Source: Atribacterota bacterium (lineage in GTDB: Bacteria; Atribacterota; Phoenicimicrobiia; Phoenicimicrobiales; Stramentimicrobiaceae). From it: a DNA stretch of 64,000 bases. The DNA lies in contig JAXGNR010000005.1 in the NCBI GenBank assembly GCA_040767965.1, positions 96,001 to 160,000 on the forward strand. Direction: 5' to 3'. This document shows positions 19,856 through 29,715 of this stretch, in pieces. A program made the position numbers and the translations under genes. The notes under the pieces are model-generated. The model was not told where the DNA came from and did not search any database. It saw only the letters and a list, made by a program, of their open reading frames with translations. Position 1 is the first letter of the stretch. Each line of letters starts with the position of its first letter.

Positions 19856-20386
19856 ATGAAAAAAATAATTAAAGGAATTACAATAGAGTGTATTGTTGGA
19901 GATATTGCAACTCAAAGTGATATAACTGCAGTGGTTAATGCCGCAAATGCTCAATTAAGAACAGGCGGCGGTGTAGCTGGTGCACTCCATAGGGCTGCCG
20001 GGCCAGGATTAGAAGAAGAATGTCGTCCTTTGGCTCCAATTAAGCCAGGAGAAGCAGTTATAACCGGGGCCCATAAATTGCCAAATCGTTTTGTTATTCA
20101 TTGTCTGGGCCCAGTATATGGAATTGATAATCCAGAAGATGTTTTACTGGCTAATTGTTACCGAAATTGTCTTAAAATTGCTGAAGAACATCATATCGAT
20201 TCAATTGCATTTCCTGCAATCTCCACCGGTTCCTTTGGATATCCTATTCAGGAGGCTACTGAAATTGCCATATATGCAATTCAGGAGATGATCTGCAAGC
20301 TGAAAAGTATAAAGCATATTCGTTTTGTTTTGCATGACCAGAATGTACTATATATTTATGAAAATTTAATAGAAAGAATTTTATAG
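19856..20386 (+). CDS. Macro domain protein (YmdB-like O-acetyl-ADP-ribose deacetylase / ADP-ribosylhydrolase)
   Basis: GDI, VNAAN, GGGVAGALH and AFPAISTG motifs. Confidence 0.92.
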   Translation: MKKIIKGITIECIVGDIATQSDITAVVNAANAQLRTGGGVAGALHRAAGPGLEEECRPLAPIKPGEAVITGAHKLPNRFVIHCLGPVYGIDNPEDVLLANCYRNCLKIAEEHHIDSIAFPAISTGSFGYPIQEATEIAIYAIQEMICKLKSIKHIRFVLHDQNVLYIYENLIERIL

Positions 20387-20421
20387 TCTACCATTAAAAA
20401 ATTGAGATAAATCAAAATAAT

Positions 20422-20466
20422 AAAAGAATGTTTGAAATAGAATTATTCTTTCGAATATTCTTTTAT
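20422..20466 (+). terminator. Probable terminator after the macro-domain gene
   Basis: AAAAGAATGTTTGAAA pairs with TTTCGAATATTCTTTT (2 G-U), followed by a T-rich tract. Confidence 0.55.
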
Positions 20467-20607
20467 TATTATTTTTTGTGTATTTACAGGGGTTAAAGTA
20501 ATATTTTTCAATATTTATTTGTGCTATAAGCTTTTCTTTTTAATATTTGTATATTATAATAACTTTAAAAATATAAATTTTAATGAATTGAGAAAGGAGA
20601 ATTTAAA

Positions 20608-21627
20608 TTGAAGAAAAGTTTACTGATTTTATTGGTCATGATAATGGCTGTTTTTGCCTTAACCGGGTGTGATGGCATTACTCCGGCTGAAGGTGAAGGA
20701 GAAGGTGAGGGAGAAGGCGAATTTGAAGGGTCCTGTCCTGAAATAAGCCTGTCTGGTTCAGTTGTTATTGATGGCAAAACTTACGTAAGGGGTATGAGTA
20801 TTTGGGACTTGGAAGGCCCTGAATTATTAGATCTTTATGATGATATTACTCTTACCATAACCTATAAAACCCCTACTGAAGGAACTGCTGCTTATTTATC
20901 TGGTTTTACCTATGGGTTAATTGACACTATTTTTGAGGATGTTATTAAAGACAAAGAAATAGGATTGCTTGACTTAGAAATTCCCATGTTCCCTAATGAA
21001 GATTATACAGTGTACACAGGTTCTTTAAAGCCATACTTGTTAGGCTGGCAAACTGATTGCACTGCTTTTATGATCAAAGTAATTTCCTGTGATGGAGATT
21101 GTGTTTGCAAATTACCTTTTATAGTAGACAATAAACCTCCGTATGCAAGCATAGAAATAGATTTGGACGAAGAGGCTTGTCCTTGTGATGGATGCGCTTT
21201 AACATTTACTTCTGAAATTTTAGAACCAGACTGTGATGATGATATCCTTTGCTGTGGTGATGATTGTTCTGGTTTTGCAGGTTGGTCTATTGCTATTTAT
21301 GATACAAACCCACATAATAAGTGCTGCTCTATTCCATGCGCAGAACCAGTGTTTACCTGTTCGGGAACAGATTGCCCAATTGAATGCACTACAGATTGTT
21401 TGGAAGAAGGTACGTATTATGTAATTACAAATCTGGTAGACAATGTTGGTATAGAAAAAGAATACTATGTAAAAATTGAAATTGGTTCTGATTGTGATAT
21501 AGTAGAAATCATTGAATATGAAGCAAACATCAACATGGATCAATGCCCAGACTGGGAAAATGATTATTATAACATCACTGAAAGTAAAATTTATGGTGAT
21601 TGCGGAAAATTTGAATTTATTGGTTAA
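20608..21627 (+). CDS. Cysteine-rich acidic lipoprotein with a (GE)n linker, function unknown
   Basis: Lipobox LTGC, EGEGEGEGEG tract, 23 Cys; SD AAGGAG. Confidence 0.8.
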   Translation: MKKSLLILLVMIMAVFALTGCDGITPAEGEGEGEGEGEFEGSCPEISLSGSVVIDGKTYVRGMSIWDLEGPELLDLYDDITLTITYKTPTEGTAAYLSGFTYGLIDTIFEDVIKDKEIGLLDLEIPMFPNEDYTVYTGSLKPYLLGWQTDCTAFMIKVISCDGDCVCKLPFIVDNKPPYASIEIDLDEEACPCDGCALTFTSEILEPDCDDDILCCGDDCSGFAGWSIAIYDTNPHNKCCSIPCAEPVFTCSGTDCPIECTTDCLEEGTYYVITNLVDNVGIEKEYYVKIEIGSDCDIVEIIEYEANINMDQCPDWENDYYNITESKIYGDCGKFEFIG

Positions 21628-21643
21628 TTAAAACAATATACTG

Positions 21644-21679
21644 AATAAAAAAGGGCCTTTTAAAAGGCCCTTTTTTATT
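21644..21679. terminator. Bidirectional terminator, perfect 36-bp palindrome
   Basis: AATAAAAAAGGGCCTTTT|AAAAGGCCCTTTTTTATT between convergent genes. Confidence 0.88.
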
Positions 21680-22304
21680 TTAAAATTTTTTTAACCTCAT
21701 GTACCGGAATAATATTGGGTTTTTTACCTAAAATAGCTTGCATTACTGTCAGGTAGGCAGATGTTTCCAGAGTTTCCATTCTGGCATAAGCTGTTTCAAT
21801 TGAGCTTCCACAAGTAGTAGCTCCATGATTTTCCATAATAAATACATTGTATCCATCTCGCACTTCTTTAACAAATTTTTCTGCAAATAATTCAGTACCC
21901 GGCTTGCAATAGGGCAAATAAGCAATTTTTTCTAATATTACAAGCGCTTCAGGAAGAGTATTTAATAAGATTTGCAGATTATTGATTGCGCATAATAAAA
22001 CATTTCTGGGATGGGCATGGAAAATGCTTTTAATATCTTTTTTGTTCTGATAAATTTTTATATGCATTTTAATCTCTGAAGAAGGTTTATATTTTCCCTC
22101 TAATTGTTTACCATTAAGATCGGTAACAACAATATCTTCTTTAGTAAAAAAATGTTTAATAAAATTAGAAGGGGTTATATAAATTCTATCATTTAACATG
22201 ATACTCATATTGCCTCCAGTAGATTCGGTGAGCTGTCTATCCCAGGTTAACCGTACATAGCTGACAAATTTTTGTAATAGTCTTTCCTCAATACAATTAT
22301 TCAA
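21675..22304 (-). CDS. Class II aldolase (L-fuculose-1-phosphate aldolase-like)
   Basis: GGNMS, ITPS, PSSE..MH, HAHP and ENHG motifs; divergent from fucU-fucI. Confidence 0.85.
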   Translation of the reverse strand: MNNCIEERLLQKFVSYVRLTWDRQLTESTGGNMSIMLNDRIYITPSNFIKHFFTKEDIVVTDLNGKQLEGKYKPSSEIKMHIKIYQNKKDIKSIFHAHPRNVLLCAINNLQILLNTLPEALVILEKIAYLPYCKPGTELFAEKFVKEVRDGYNVFIMENHGATTCGSSIETAYARMETLETSAYLTVMQAILGKKPNIIPVHEVKKILK

Positions 22305-22530
22305 AATTTCCTCCTGACTTTATTGTATTTTCTAAAAATATTTTGCTATTACTTTTAAAAATTATATCATTGTTTCTAAAAAAAAGTTTAAAAGTCAAAA
22401 TATTTTAAAAAAACTGTTATAATTAATATCATAGGATTTTAAATAAAAATATATAAAAATGCTAATCCTTCAATTATTGCAAATTTCCAAAAGATCTTTC
22501 AATCTATTTTTTTAAGGAGGATTCTCTTTT

Positions 22531-22950
22531 ATGTTGAAAAATATTCCCCCAATACTATCTCCCACATTAATGTTATCAATTATGGAAATGGGACACGGTG
22601 ATGAAATAGTTCTAGCAGATGGGAATTATCCCGTTGAGTCAACTGCAACCATTTCAGTAAGAGCTGATGGACATGGAATTCCAGAATTATTAGAGGCAAT
22701 TTTAAAGTTTTTCCCCTTAGATCAACAAGCCATAAACAATGTCTTTTTCATGAAAAAAGATGAAAAGGAAAAACCATCAATCTGGCAAAAATACCAAACA
22801 ATTCTTGATAATTCTCAAGAAAAATATGCAATTGAAAAATTAGACAGGTTCCAGTTTTATGAAAGGGCAAGAGAGGCTTACACTATTGTTGCTACTGGAG
22901 AAAAAACACTCTATGCAAATATAATATTAAAAAAAGGTGTTGTGGAATAA
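22531..22950 (+). CDS. fucU: L-fucose mutarotase (RbsD/FucU family)
   Basis: MGHGDEIVLADGNYP, RFQFYE and YANIILKKGV motifs. Confidence 0.9.
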   Translation: MLKNIPPILSPTLMLSIMEMGHGDEIVLADGNYPVESTATISVRADGHGIPELLEAILKFFPLDQQAINNVFFMKKDEKEKPSIWQKYQTILDNSQEKYAIEKLDRFQFYERAREAYTIVATGEKTLYANIILKKGVVE

Positions 22951-23031
22951 CAAATTTATTTAAAGGATGCTGTAAGGGGATTTTTAAAATATAAAATCTT
23001 TTAATTAATAAAAGTAAAAAAGGAGAGTTTT

Positions 23032-24819
23032 ATGAAATTTGAGAACAGATTAATCGGGTCAATGCCAAAAGTTGGAATCAGGCCTATTATTGACGGGAGA
23101 AGAAGAGGGGTACGGGAATCGTTGGAGAAACAGACAATAGAGATGGCCAAGGATGTTGCAAAATTAATAAGTTCCAACTTGAGACATTCTAATGGCACGA
23201 ATGTTGAATGTGTTCTAGCTGATACCACTATTGGAGGTTTTGCTGAAGCAGCAAAGTGTGCCGATAAGTTCTCCAGGGAAAATGTGGGGGTTTCCCTAAG
23301 TGTAACTCCATGTTGGTGTTATGGAATGGAAACTATTGATCTGGATCCGTATTTGCCAAAAGCCATTTGGGGTTTCAATGGAACCGAAAGACCTGGGGCA
23401 GTTTATCTGGCAGCTGCCCTTGCTGGTCATGATCAGTTAGGGTTACCAGCTTTTGGAATTTATGGAAAAAATGTAAGAGATTTAGAAGATAAGAATATTC
23501 CTGAAGATGTGCAATCAAAAATATTTCAATTTGTCAAATCCGGATTAGCAGTTTCTTATATGAAAGGAAAATCATACCTGGCTTTAGGCGGAGTTTCTAT
23601 GGGGATTGCCGGATCAATAGTAAATCCAGAATTTTTTCAAGACTATTTAGGAATGCGAACTGAATTTGTTGATATGTCTGAATTTGTACGCCGTTTAAAA
23701 GAAGAAATTTTTGACAAAGAGGAATTTACTAGAGCTCTTGATTGGGCAAAAGAAAATTGTAGAGAAGGTGTTGATAGAAACAATGAAAAAATAAGACACT
23801 CTCGCAAAAAGAAAGATGATGAATGGGGTACAGTTATAAAAATGACTTTGATTGCCAGAGATTTAATGATTGGAAATAAAAAATTGATTGATTTGGGCTA
23901 TGAAGAAGAAGCAGAAGGCCATAATGCGCTAGCTGCAGGATTTCAAGGACAAAGGCAGTGGACAGATAATTTCCCTGACGGAGATTTTATGGAAACAATA
24001 CTTAATACTTCCTTTGACTGGAATGGAGTTAGAGAGCCATTTATCTTTGCAACAGAGAATGATTGTTTAAACGGTGTAGCTATGCTATGGAATCATCTTA
24101 TTTCCAATCGGGCTCAGATGTTTTCTGATGTAAGAACATTCTGGAGCCCTGAAGCAGTTTTCAGAGTAACTGGAAAACAATTAACAGGAAAAGCTGAAAA
24201 TGGTATAATTCATCTGATTAATTCAGGATCCACTACCCTTGATGCAACCGGTCAGCAAAAAGATAATCAGCAGTCAGTGATGAAACCTTTCTGGGAATTA
24301 AACCAGGAAGACGTGAAAGCTTGTTTAGAAAATACCAGCTGGAGTCCAGCAAATTTGGAATATATGCGTGGAGGTGGTTTTTCATCAACATTCTGGACTA
24401 AAGGCGAAATGCCAGTAACCATGTCCAGAATTAATTTAATTAAAGGAATAGGCCCGGTTTTACAAATTGCCGAAGGTTATACAGTTGAATTATTGGAGGA
24501 GATAAGCTTTATTTTAACTGAAAGGACTGACCCTGCCTGGCCAACCACCTGGTTTGTCCCTATATTAACTGGAAAAGGTGCGTTTCGAGATGTTTATTCA
24601 GTAATGAATCATTGGGGAGCAAATCATGGAGCTATCAGTTATGGACATATCGGAAAAGATTTAATTACACTAGCTTCCATACTGAGAATTCCAGTAGCAA
24701 TGCATAATATTTCTGAAGAAAATATATTCAGACCTAAGACATGGGGCTCGTTTGGTACTCAAGATCTGGAAGGAGCAGATTATAGGGCATGTAAAAATTT
24801 TGGACCATTGTATCGATAG
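23032..24819 (+). CDS. fucI: L-fucose isomerase
   Basis: [42 protein letters not shown] and WGANHG motifs. Confidence 0.96.
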   Translation: MKFENRLIGSMPKVGIRPIIDGRRRGVRESLEKQTIEMAKDVAKLISSNLRHSNGTNVECVLADTTIGGFAEAAKCADKFSRENVGVSLSVTPCWCYGMETIDLDPYLPKAIWGFNGTERPGAVYLAAALAGHDQLGLPAFGIYGKNVRDLEDKNIPEDVQSKIFQFVKSGLAVSYMKGKSYLALGGVSMGIAGSIVNPEFFQDYLGMRTEFVDMSEFVRRLKEEIFDKEEFTRALDWAKENCREGVDRNNEKIRHSRKKKDDEWGTVIKMTLIARDLMIGNKKLIDLGYEEEAEGHNALAAGFQGQRQWTDNFPDGDFMETILNTSFDWNGVREPFIFATENDCLNGVAMLWNHLISNRAQMFSDVRTFWSPEAVFRVTGKQLTGKAENGIIHLINSGSTTLDATGQQKDNQQSVMKPFWELNQEDVKACLENTSWSPANLEYMRGGGFSSTFWTKGEMPVTMSRINLIKGIGPVLQIAEGYTVELLEEISFILTERTDPAWPTTWFVPILTGKGAFRDVYSVMNHWGANHGAISYGHIGKDLITLASILRIPVAMHNISEENIFRPKTWGSFGTQDLEGADYRACKNFGPLYR

Positions 24820-24934
24820 TTTCAATTACTCTCTTGACAAATATTTAAATGAATATTTATTTATTCTAAAAATAAATATTTCATTTTTAAACTTACTAAA
24901 AAATTATTCGGAAATTAAAAAATCGAGTAATTTT

Positions 24935-27772
24935 TTAGTAGGTAAATATTTTAAACCTGGTTTTCTGAATAACTTCAAAAAAGATAGCTACTAAATCAGG
25001 GTCAAACTGAGTTCCTGCTTTCTTAGATATCTCTTCTAATGCTTCTTTTTGACTCATTACCTCTTTATAAGGTCTTTTTGTCTGCATGGTGTCAAAGGCA
25101 TCAATGATTGCAATTATCCTGGACAATATTGGAATTTCTTGACCAGTAAGACCCACCGGATATCCTGATCCATCCCATTTTTCGTGATGATAAAGGATTT
25201 CTTTGCAGATTGATGCAAAATCAGGAATGTTTTTGGTAATTCGGTATCCTATCTGGCAATGAGTTTTCATTATTTCCCATTCAGAAGGAGAAAGCGGTTC
25301 TTTTTTTAATAAGATACTTTCAGGTATGCCGATTTTGCCGATATCATATAATAATACCAATAAATGAAGCCTGTTTAATTCATAATAATTGAGATTGATT
25401 TTTTCACCAATTTCCAGAGCTATGGCAGCCATACAATTTCTGTTATTTTTTATATGAGGGTTTCTTTCTGACAGAATCGTAAGAAAGGCATTTAAAAGAT
25501 GCTTTTCTCTACTTTTAGTGCTGAACAATTTATTCTGATACATTTTTTCATCTGCTTCTCTAAAAAGCTCTTCTGATGTCTTTGATGAAGTTGCCTGTGT
25601 GGAATACCCTACAGAAATGTTTGGATTTAAATAAGCTGGAGAAAAATTATTCTGCTGACAGTAAGAAAGAAGTCTCTGGCAAAAAGCCTCAGCATCATTA
25701 GAGCTTGTGTTTGGTAAAATGATAGCAAATTCATCACCTCCTAAGCGAGCTATAATATCTCCACCTCGAGAAATATTTTTAAGTAATTGAGCCAGGTTTT
25801 TCAACAATTGATCTCCCTGTTGATGTCCAAAAGCATCATTAACTGCTTTTAAGCCATTAACATCAATCATTACTACATTAAGCGGATAATAACGGGGATT
25901 ATTCATTCTGTTTAATTCTTCTTCTAAAAAAGATCTATTATATAAACCGGTAAGAGAATCATGAAAACTAATATAAGTTATTTCTTCTTCGCTTTGCTTG
26001 CGGATGATGGCAGTGGCAACCTGATCAGCCACAATTTCCATTAATTTAATATCTTTTTCAGTATAACAATTAGGATTATAGTAGTTCTGGACAGTCATAG
26101 CACCGATTACATTCCCTTCAATTTTTAAAGGAACGCTAAGCCAGCAAATATCTTTTGTTATTTCACCAGGGTTTTTAACATCATTATTATCAATTAATTG
26201 ACATATATTGGAATAATTCAGCAATAAGGATTGCCCTCTTTCAAGTAAATATCCTGTTAAAGTGTTTTTGTAAATTAAATTTTCTGAAGAGAAATTATTT
26301 TCTTTTTCATCATATGCATATACAAAATCAAGCTGGTCACGTATTTTATCAAGCAAGGCAATGTAAAAATTTTTAGCGTCGATTACCTGGTTTAGTTTTT
26401 TATGAATAAGAGAATAAAGCTCTGACAGTTTTATTTGGGAATTAGCTCCCCTGGAGATATGGTAAAGGACCTGGTTTAAATTTTCATTTTGTTTTTGTTC
26501 GCTTATATCCTGATAAAGAGCAAATACTCCTTGTACTTTTTCATTATTTTTAATCTGAGAGGTTGAGATTTGTACAGGGATAACAGTTCCATCTTTCTTT
26601 CTGCGTTCAGTTTCATATTTTATCAGTTTTGAAAAAGGAGCTTTTTCTGTTAATTTTTTTCCTTCTTTAATTTTGCCAGAAGGATAAAAATTAATTTTAT
26701 CAATATTGATACCCTGGATCTCTTCCAGAGAGTAGCCAAATAGTTCTGTAAACTTTTGGTTAATGTCTAGAATGAAACCTTTATTATCATGGTAAATTGC
26801 AGCAAGAGGGTTATTTTTAAACAAGCTGGCAAATTTCTCTTCACTATTGCGAATTTTATCTTCTGCTTTTTTTTGTTCGCTTATATCCTGATAAAGGCAA
26901 ACTATTCTACTATTAAAATTGTCTATTTTTAAGGGTGAAGCAGATATGATTACCGGAAATGTAGTGCCATCTTTTTTCTTTCTTATAGATTCATATCTAA
27001 CTGGTTTATTTGCTGCAATCCTGGTTAATATTTCGCCCTGTTTTTTGGTTTTGGGAGGATGCAGGAATCCTTGATCAATATTTTTTCCCAGAAGCTCTTC
27101 TTTGGTAAAACCAAATACCTCAGTAAAACGGGAATTAACATCTAGAATAGTTCCTTCCGGGTCTATGTAAACCAAAGATTCTGGATTATATTGAAATAAA
27201 TGAGAGAATTCAAGGCGGCTTTGCCTTAAATGTTCTTCGATTTTCTTTTTTTCAATAACAGTTGCAATTTGCTCAGAAACAAATTCCAATAGGTGAATAT
27301 CTTTTTCGGAATAAATGTCTGGTATGTTGTAATTTACTACTGCCAGAGATCCAATTATTTCATCGCCATATTTAAGAGGAACTCCCAACCAGGAGGTTTT
27401 TGGCGTCAGAGTTCCCAGTTTGTTAATGCTTATGACATTTTTTGCTGCCATCCCAAGTATTTGCTCATAATTAACCCATAATGACTTGCCATATTTGATA
27501 TTGTAATTTGCAAGAGTTCCTGATGCATCAAACTGGTTAACTTCTGAGCCTAACCGGTCTTTTTCATCAACAAAATAGGAAAATGTTACCATATCTTGAT
27601 TTTTTTCTTTTAATGCAATATGTAAATTGGTTGCGTCGATAATAGTATTTAGTTCTTTATAAATGATACTGTAAAGTTCCTGTAATGAAATATCAGAATT
27701 AGCAGCCTTTGAAATATTATAAAGAACTTTATCTAAGTTTTTATTTTTATTGATTTTCTTTTTTGTACCCAT
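24935..27772 (-). CDS. GAF-PAS-PAS-GAF-GGDEF-HD-GYP c-di-GMP signalling protein
   Basis: Two GAF domains (WLGVPLK, WLSVPLK), two PAS/PAC domains (KKDGT), HDSLTGLYNR, RLGGDEF and HHEKWDGSGYP. Confidence 0.9.
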   Translation of the reverse strand: MGTKKKINKNKNLDKVLYNISKAANSDISLQELYSIIYKELNTIIDATNLHIALKEKNQDMVTFSYFVDEKDRLGSEVNQFDASGTLANYNIKYGKSLWVNYEQILGMAAKNVISINKLGTLTPKTSWLGVPLKYGDEIIGSLAVVNYNIPDIYSEKDIHLLEFVSEQIATVIEKKKIEEHLRQSRLEFSHLFQYNPESLVYIDPEGTILDVNSRFTEVFGFTKEELLGKNIDQGFLHPPKTKKQGEILTRIAANKPVRYESIRKKKDGTTFPVIISASPLKIDNFNSRIVCLYQDISEQKKAEDKIRNSEEKFASLFKNNPLAAIYHDNKGFILDINQKFTELFGYSLEEIQGINIDKINFYPSGKIKEGKKLTEKAPFSKLIKYETERRKKDGTVIPVQISTSQIKNNEKVQGVFALYQDISEQKQNENLNQVLYHISRGANSQIKLSELYSLIHKKLNQVIDAKNFYIALLDKIRDQLDFVYAYDEKENNFSSENLIYKNTLTGYLLERGQSLLLNYSNICQLIDNNDVKNPGEITKDICWLSVPLKIEGNVIGAMTVQNYYNPNCYTEKDIKLMEIVADQVATAIIRKQSEEEITYISFHDSLTGLYNRSFLEEELNRMNNPRYYPLNVVMIDVNGLKAVNDAFGHQQGDQLLKNLAQLLKNISRGGDIIARLGGDEFAIILPNTSSNDAEAFCQRLLSYCQQNNFSPAYLNPNISVGYSTQATSSKTSEELFREADEKMYQNKLFSTKSREKHLLNAFLTILSERNPHIKNNRNCMAAIALEIGEKINLNYYELNRLHLLVLLYDIGKIGIPESILLKKEPLSPSEWEIMKTHCQIGYRITKNIPDFASICKEILYHHEKWDGSGYPVGLTGQEIPILSRIIAIIDAFDTMQTKRPYKEVMSQKEALEEISKKAGTQFDPDLVAIFFEVIQKTRFKIFTY

Positions 27773-28210
27773 ATTTTTATTAGCAATCTATTAAAATCTG
27801 ATGTTTTTTCATATTAGATGGAAATTATTGTAAATAAAAAAGAATGTTTTAAAAAAATTAAAACATCTTAAATATTTAGAAAAACATTTTCTCAATAGTA
27901 ATATACTTTTTTTATTCATTTATTGTCCAAAAAGATGGCTTATTTTTATAATGATTTAAATTTATTATAAAATATTTATTTTAATATTGTCAAAATATTA
28001 ATTTTATAAGTATTTATGGAAATTAAGAAAAAGAGCGTTCGCTGTATAACCGGGAAACACCAATATAGACTGTTAAATGATAGAAAACAATATTCTCCTA
28101 TAGCCGGGAATTTTACATATGATATAATTATATAAATATATTGATAAAAATTAAGAATATACTTAGTACTCTAATAAGATTTAATCTTTAATATAAATAA
28201 ATGCAAAATT

Positions 28211-29233
28211 ATGAGAAAAAATATAATTGATAATATTAATTCTAGTGTTAATAATTCTACAGATCATACTGAAAATTATGAATATATGCAGGATTTTCAA
28301 GCCATGGGAACAACTATTCAGTTGCAGTTTAATGCTCCAAAGCAAGAGTGGAAGAGAATAGCTGAAAAATCCATCCGACTTATTGACAACCTTGAGCAGG
28401 TAATGAGTTTTTACAAAATAGATAGCCAGATTAGCCAGCTTAATAACAGGGCAGGAAAAGAATGGCTTTCAGTAAGTCCTGAACTATTTTTTATTTGTAC
28501 AGAAGCAAAAAGATATGCGCGTTTAACGGAAGGTTTTTTTGATATAACTGTTGCCGCTCTAACAGAAATCTGGCAGCTATACGGTAAAAATGAAAAAATT
28601 CCCCCACAAAGCATTATCGAAAATAGAATGAAGCTGACAAATTATGAAGGAATACTAATTGATGAAGAAAACAAAAAAATAAAACTAGAAAAGGAAGGGC
28701 AGAAAATAGATTTGGGTGGTATTGCTAAAGGATATGCTGCTAATCGGGTTATAAGTTTGTATAGAGAGCTGGGAATTAAATCCGGGCTGGTCAATCTGGG
28801 AGGGAATGTAAGTTTACTTGGTTGTCATTATAATGGAAAGTTTTGGGGAGTAGGGCTACAAAACCCCAACAATCTCCGGGGCGAATGTTTGGGAGTATTG
28901 CTTTTAGAAAACACTTCGGTTGTTACCTCAGGTGATTATGAGCGCTTTTTCAGCGAATCTAATAAATATTATCATCATATTCTAGATCCCTTTACAGGAT
29001 ATCCTGCACGAGGCGGGTTAAGAAGTGTTATTATAGTTCATCAGGATTCAATGTTAGCTGATGTACTATCCACAGCAGTTTTTATTCTTGGCATGAATAG
29101 AGGAATAGAACTAATTAAAAATTTTGAAGATGTTGAAGTTATAATGATAACTGATAATGAAATATACCTTTCCAGTAAGATTATTAAAAGTTTTCACTTG
29201 ACGGAAAATTGTTTTACTGTTTTTCAAATATAA
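28211..29233 (+). CDS. apbE: FAD:protein FMN transferase
   Basis: AMGT, DLGGIAKGY, NLGG, TSGDYER, HHILDPFTGYP and ADVLSTA motifs. Confidence 0.93.
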   Translation: MRKNIIDNINSSVNNSTDHTENYEYMQDFQAMGTTIQLQFNAPKQEWKRIAEKSIRLIDNLEQVMSFYKIDSQISQLNNRAGKEWLSVSPELFFICTEAKRYARLTEGFFDITVAALTEIWQLYGKNEKIPPQSIIENRMKLTNYEGILIDEENKKIKLEKEGQKIDLGGIAKGYAANRVISLYRELGIKSGLVNLGGNVSLLGCHYNGKFWGVGLQNPNNLRGECLGVLLLENTSVVTSGDYERFFSESNKYYHHILDPFTGYPARGGLRSVIIVHQDSMLADVLSTAVFILGMNRGIELIKNFEDVEVIMITDNEIYLSSKIIKSFHLTENCFTVFQI

Positions 29234-29289
29234 TTTCTAAAAATATTCAGAATACGGAGATATTTAGTATGTCAGGGAGGATAAAAAAA

Positions 29290-29670
29290 ATGTTAAAAAT
29301 TTTATTATACATCGTCATTACAATATTTATTATCTTTGGCGCAGCATTTGCCTACTTCAATCAAGGGTTAATTAAGTATCGTAAAATGGCTATTAATGAT
29401 GTAGATTTACAGAAAACAGAAGATGGGATCTACCTGGGAGAGTTTACTGGTGGCAGATGGAAAAATAAAATAGAAGTGACAATAAAAGATCACAGGATTA
29501 CAGATATTAAAATGCTGCAAGCATCTGATATGTCAGGGTTGAAAGATATAGGAGAAAAGGTTTTTAAAAAAGTGGAAGAGAAGCAATCTCTTCAGATAGA
29601 TACTGTTTCAGGTGCTACTGTTCATACGAAAGCAATATTGAAATCAATTGAAAATGCATTACAAAAATAA
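29290..29670 (+). CDS. Membrane-anchored FMN-binding domain protein
   Basis: N-terminal TM helix; DGIYLG motif and DTVSGAT flavinylation motif; SD GGAGG before ATG 29290. Confidence 0.88.
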   Translation: MLKILLYIVITIFIIFGAAFAYFNQGLIKYRKMAINDVDLQKTEDGIYLGEFTGGRWKNKIEVTIKDHRITDIKMLQASDMSGLKDIGEKVFKKVEEKQSLQIDTVSGATVHTKAILKSIENALQK

Positions 29671-29703
29671 AAACCCTTATGCTTAAGCATAAGGGTTTTT
29701 ATT
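29666..29703. terminator. Bidirectional terminator, perfect 38-bp palindrome
   Basis: AATAAAAACCCTTATGCTT|AAGCATAAGGGTTTTTATT between convergent genes. Confidence 0.88.
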
Positions 29704-29715
29704 AGAATAAAATAC

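Noticed and set aside
20688-20730. GAAGGN repeats as a contingency microsatellite
   Set aside because: Codons vary (GGT/GGA/GGC, GAA/GAG), so it is a protein-level GE repeat
24752-24994. 80-aa ORF bridging fucI and the c-di-GMP gene
   Set aside because: Overlaps both genes, low complexity, no SD
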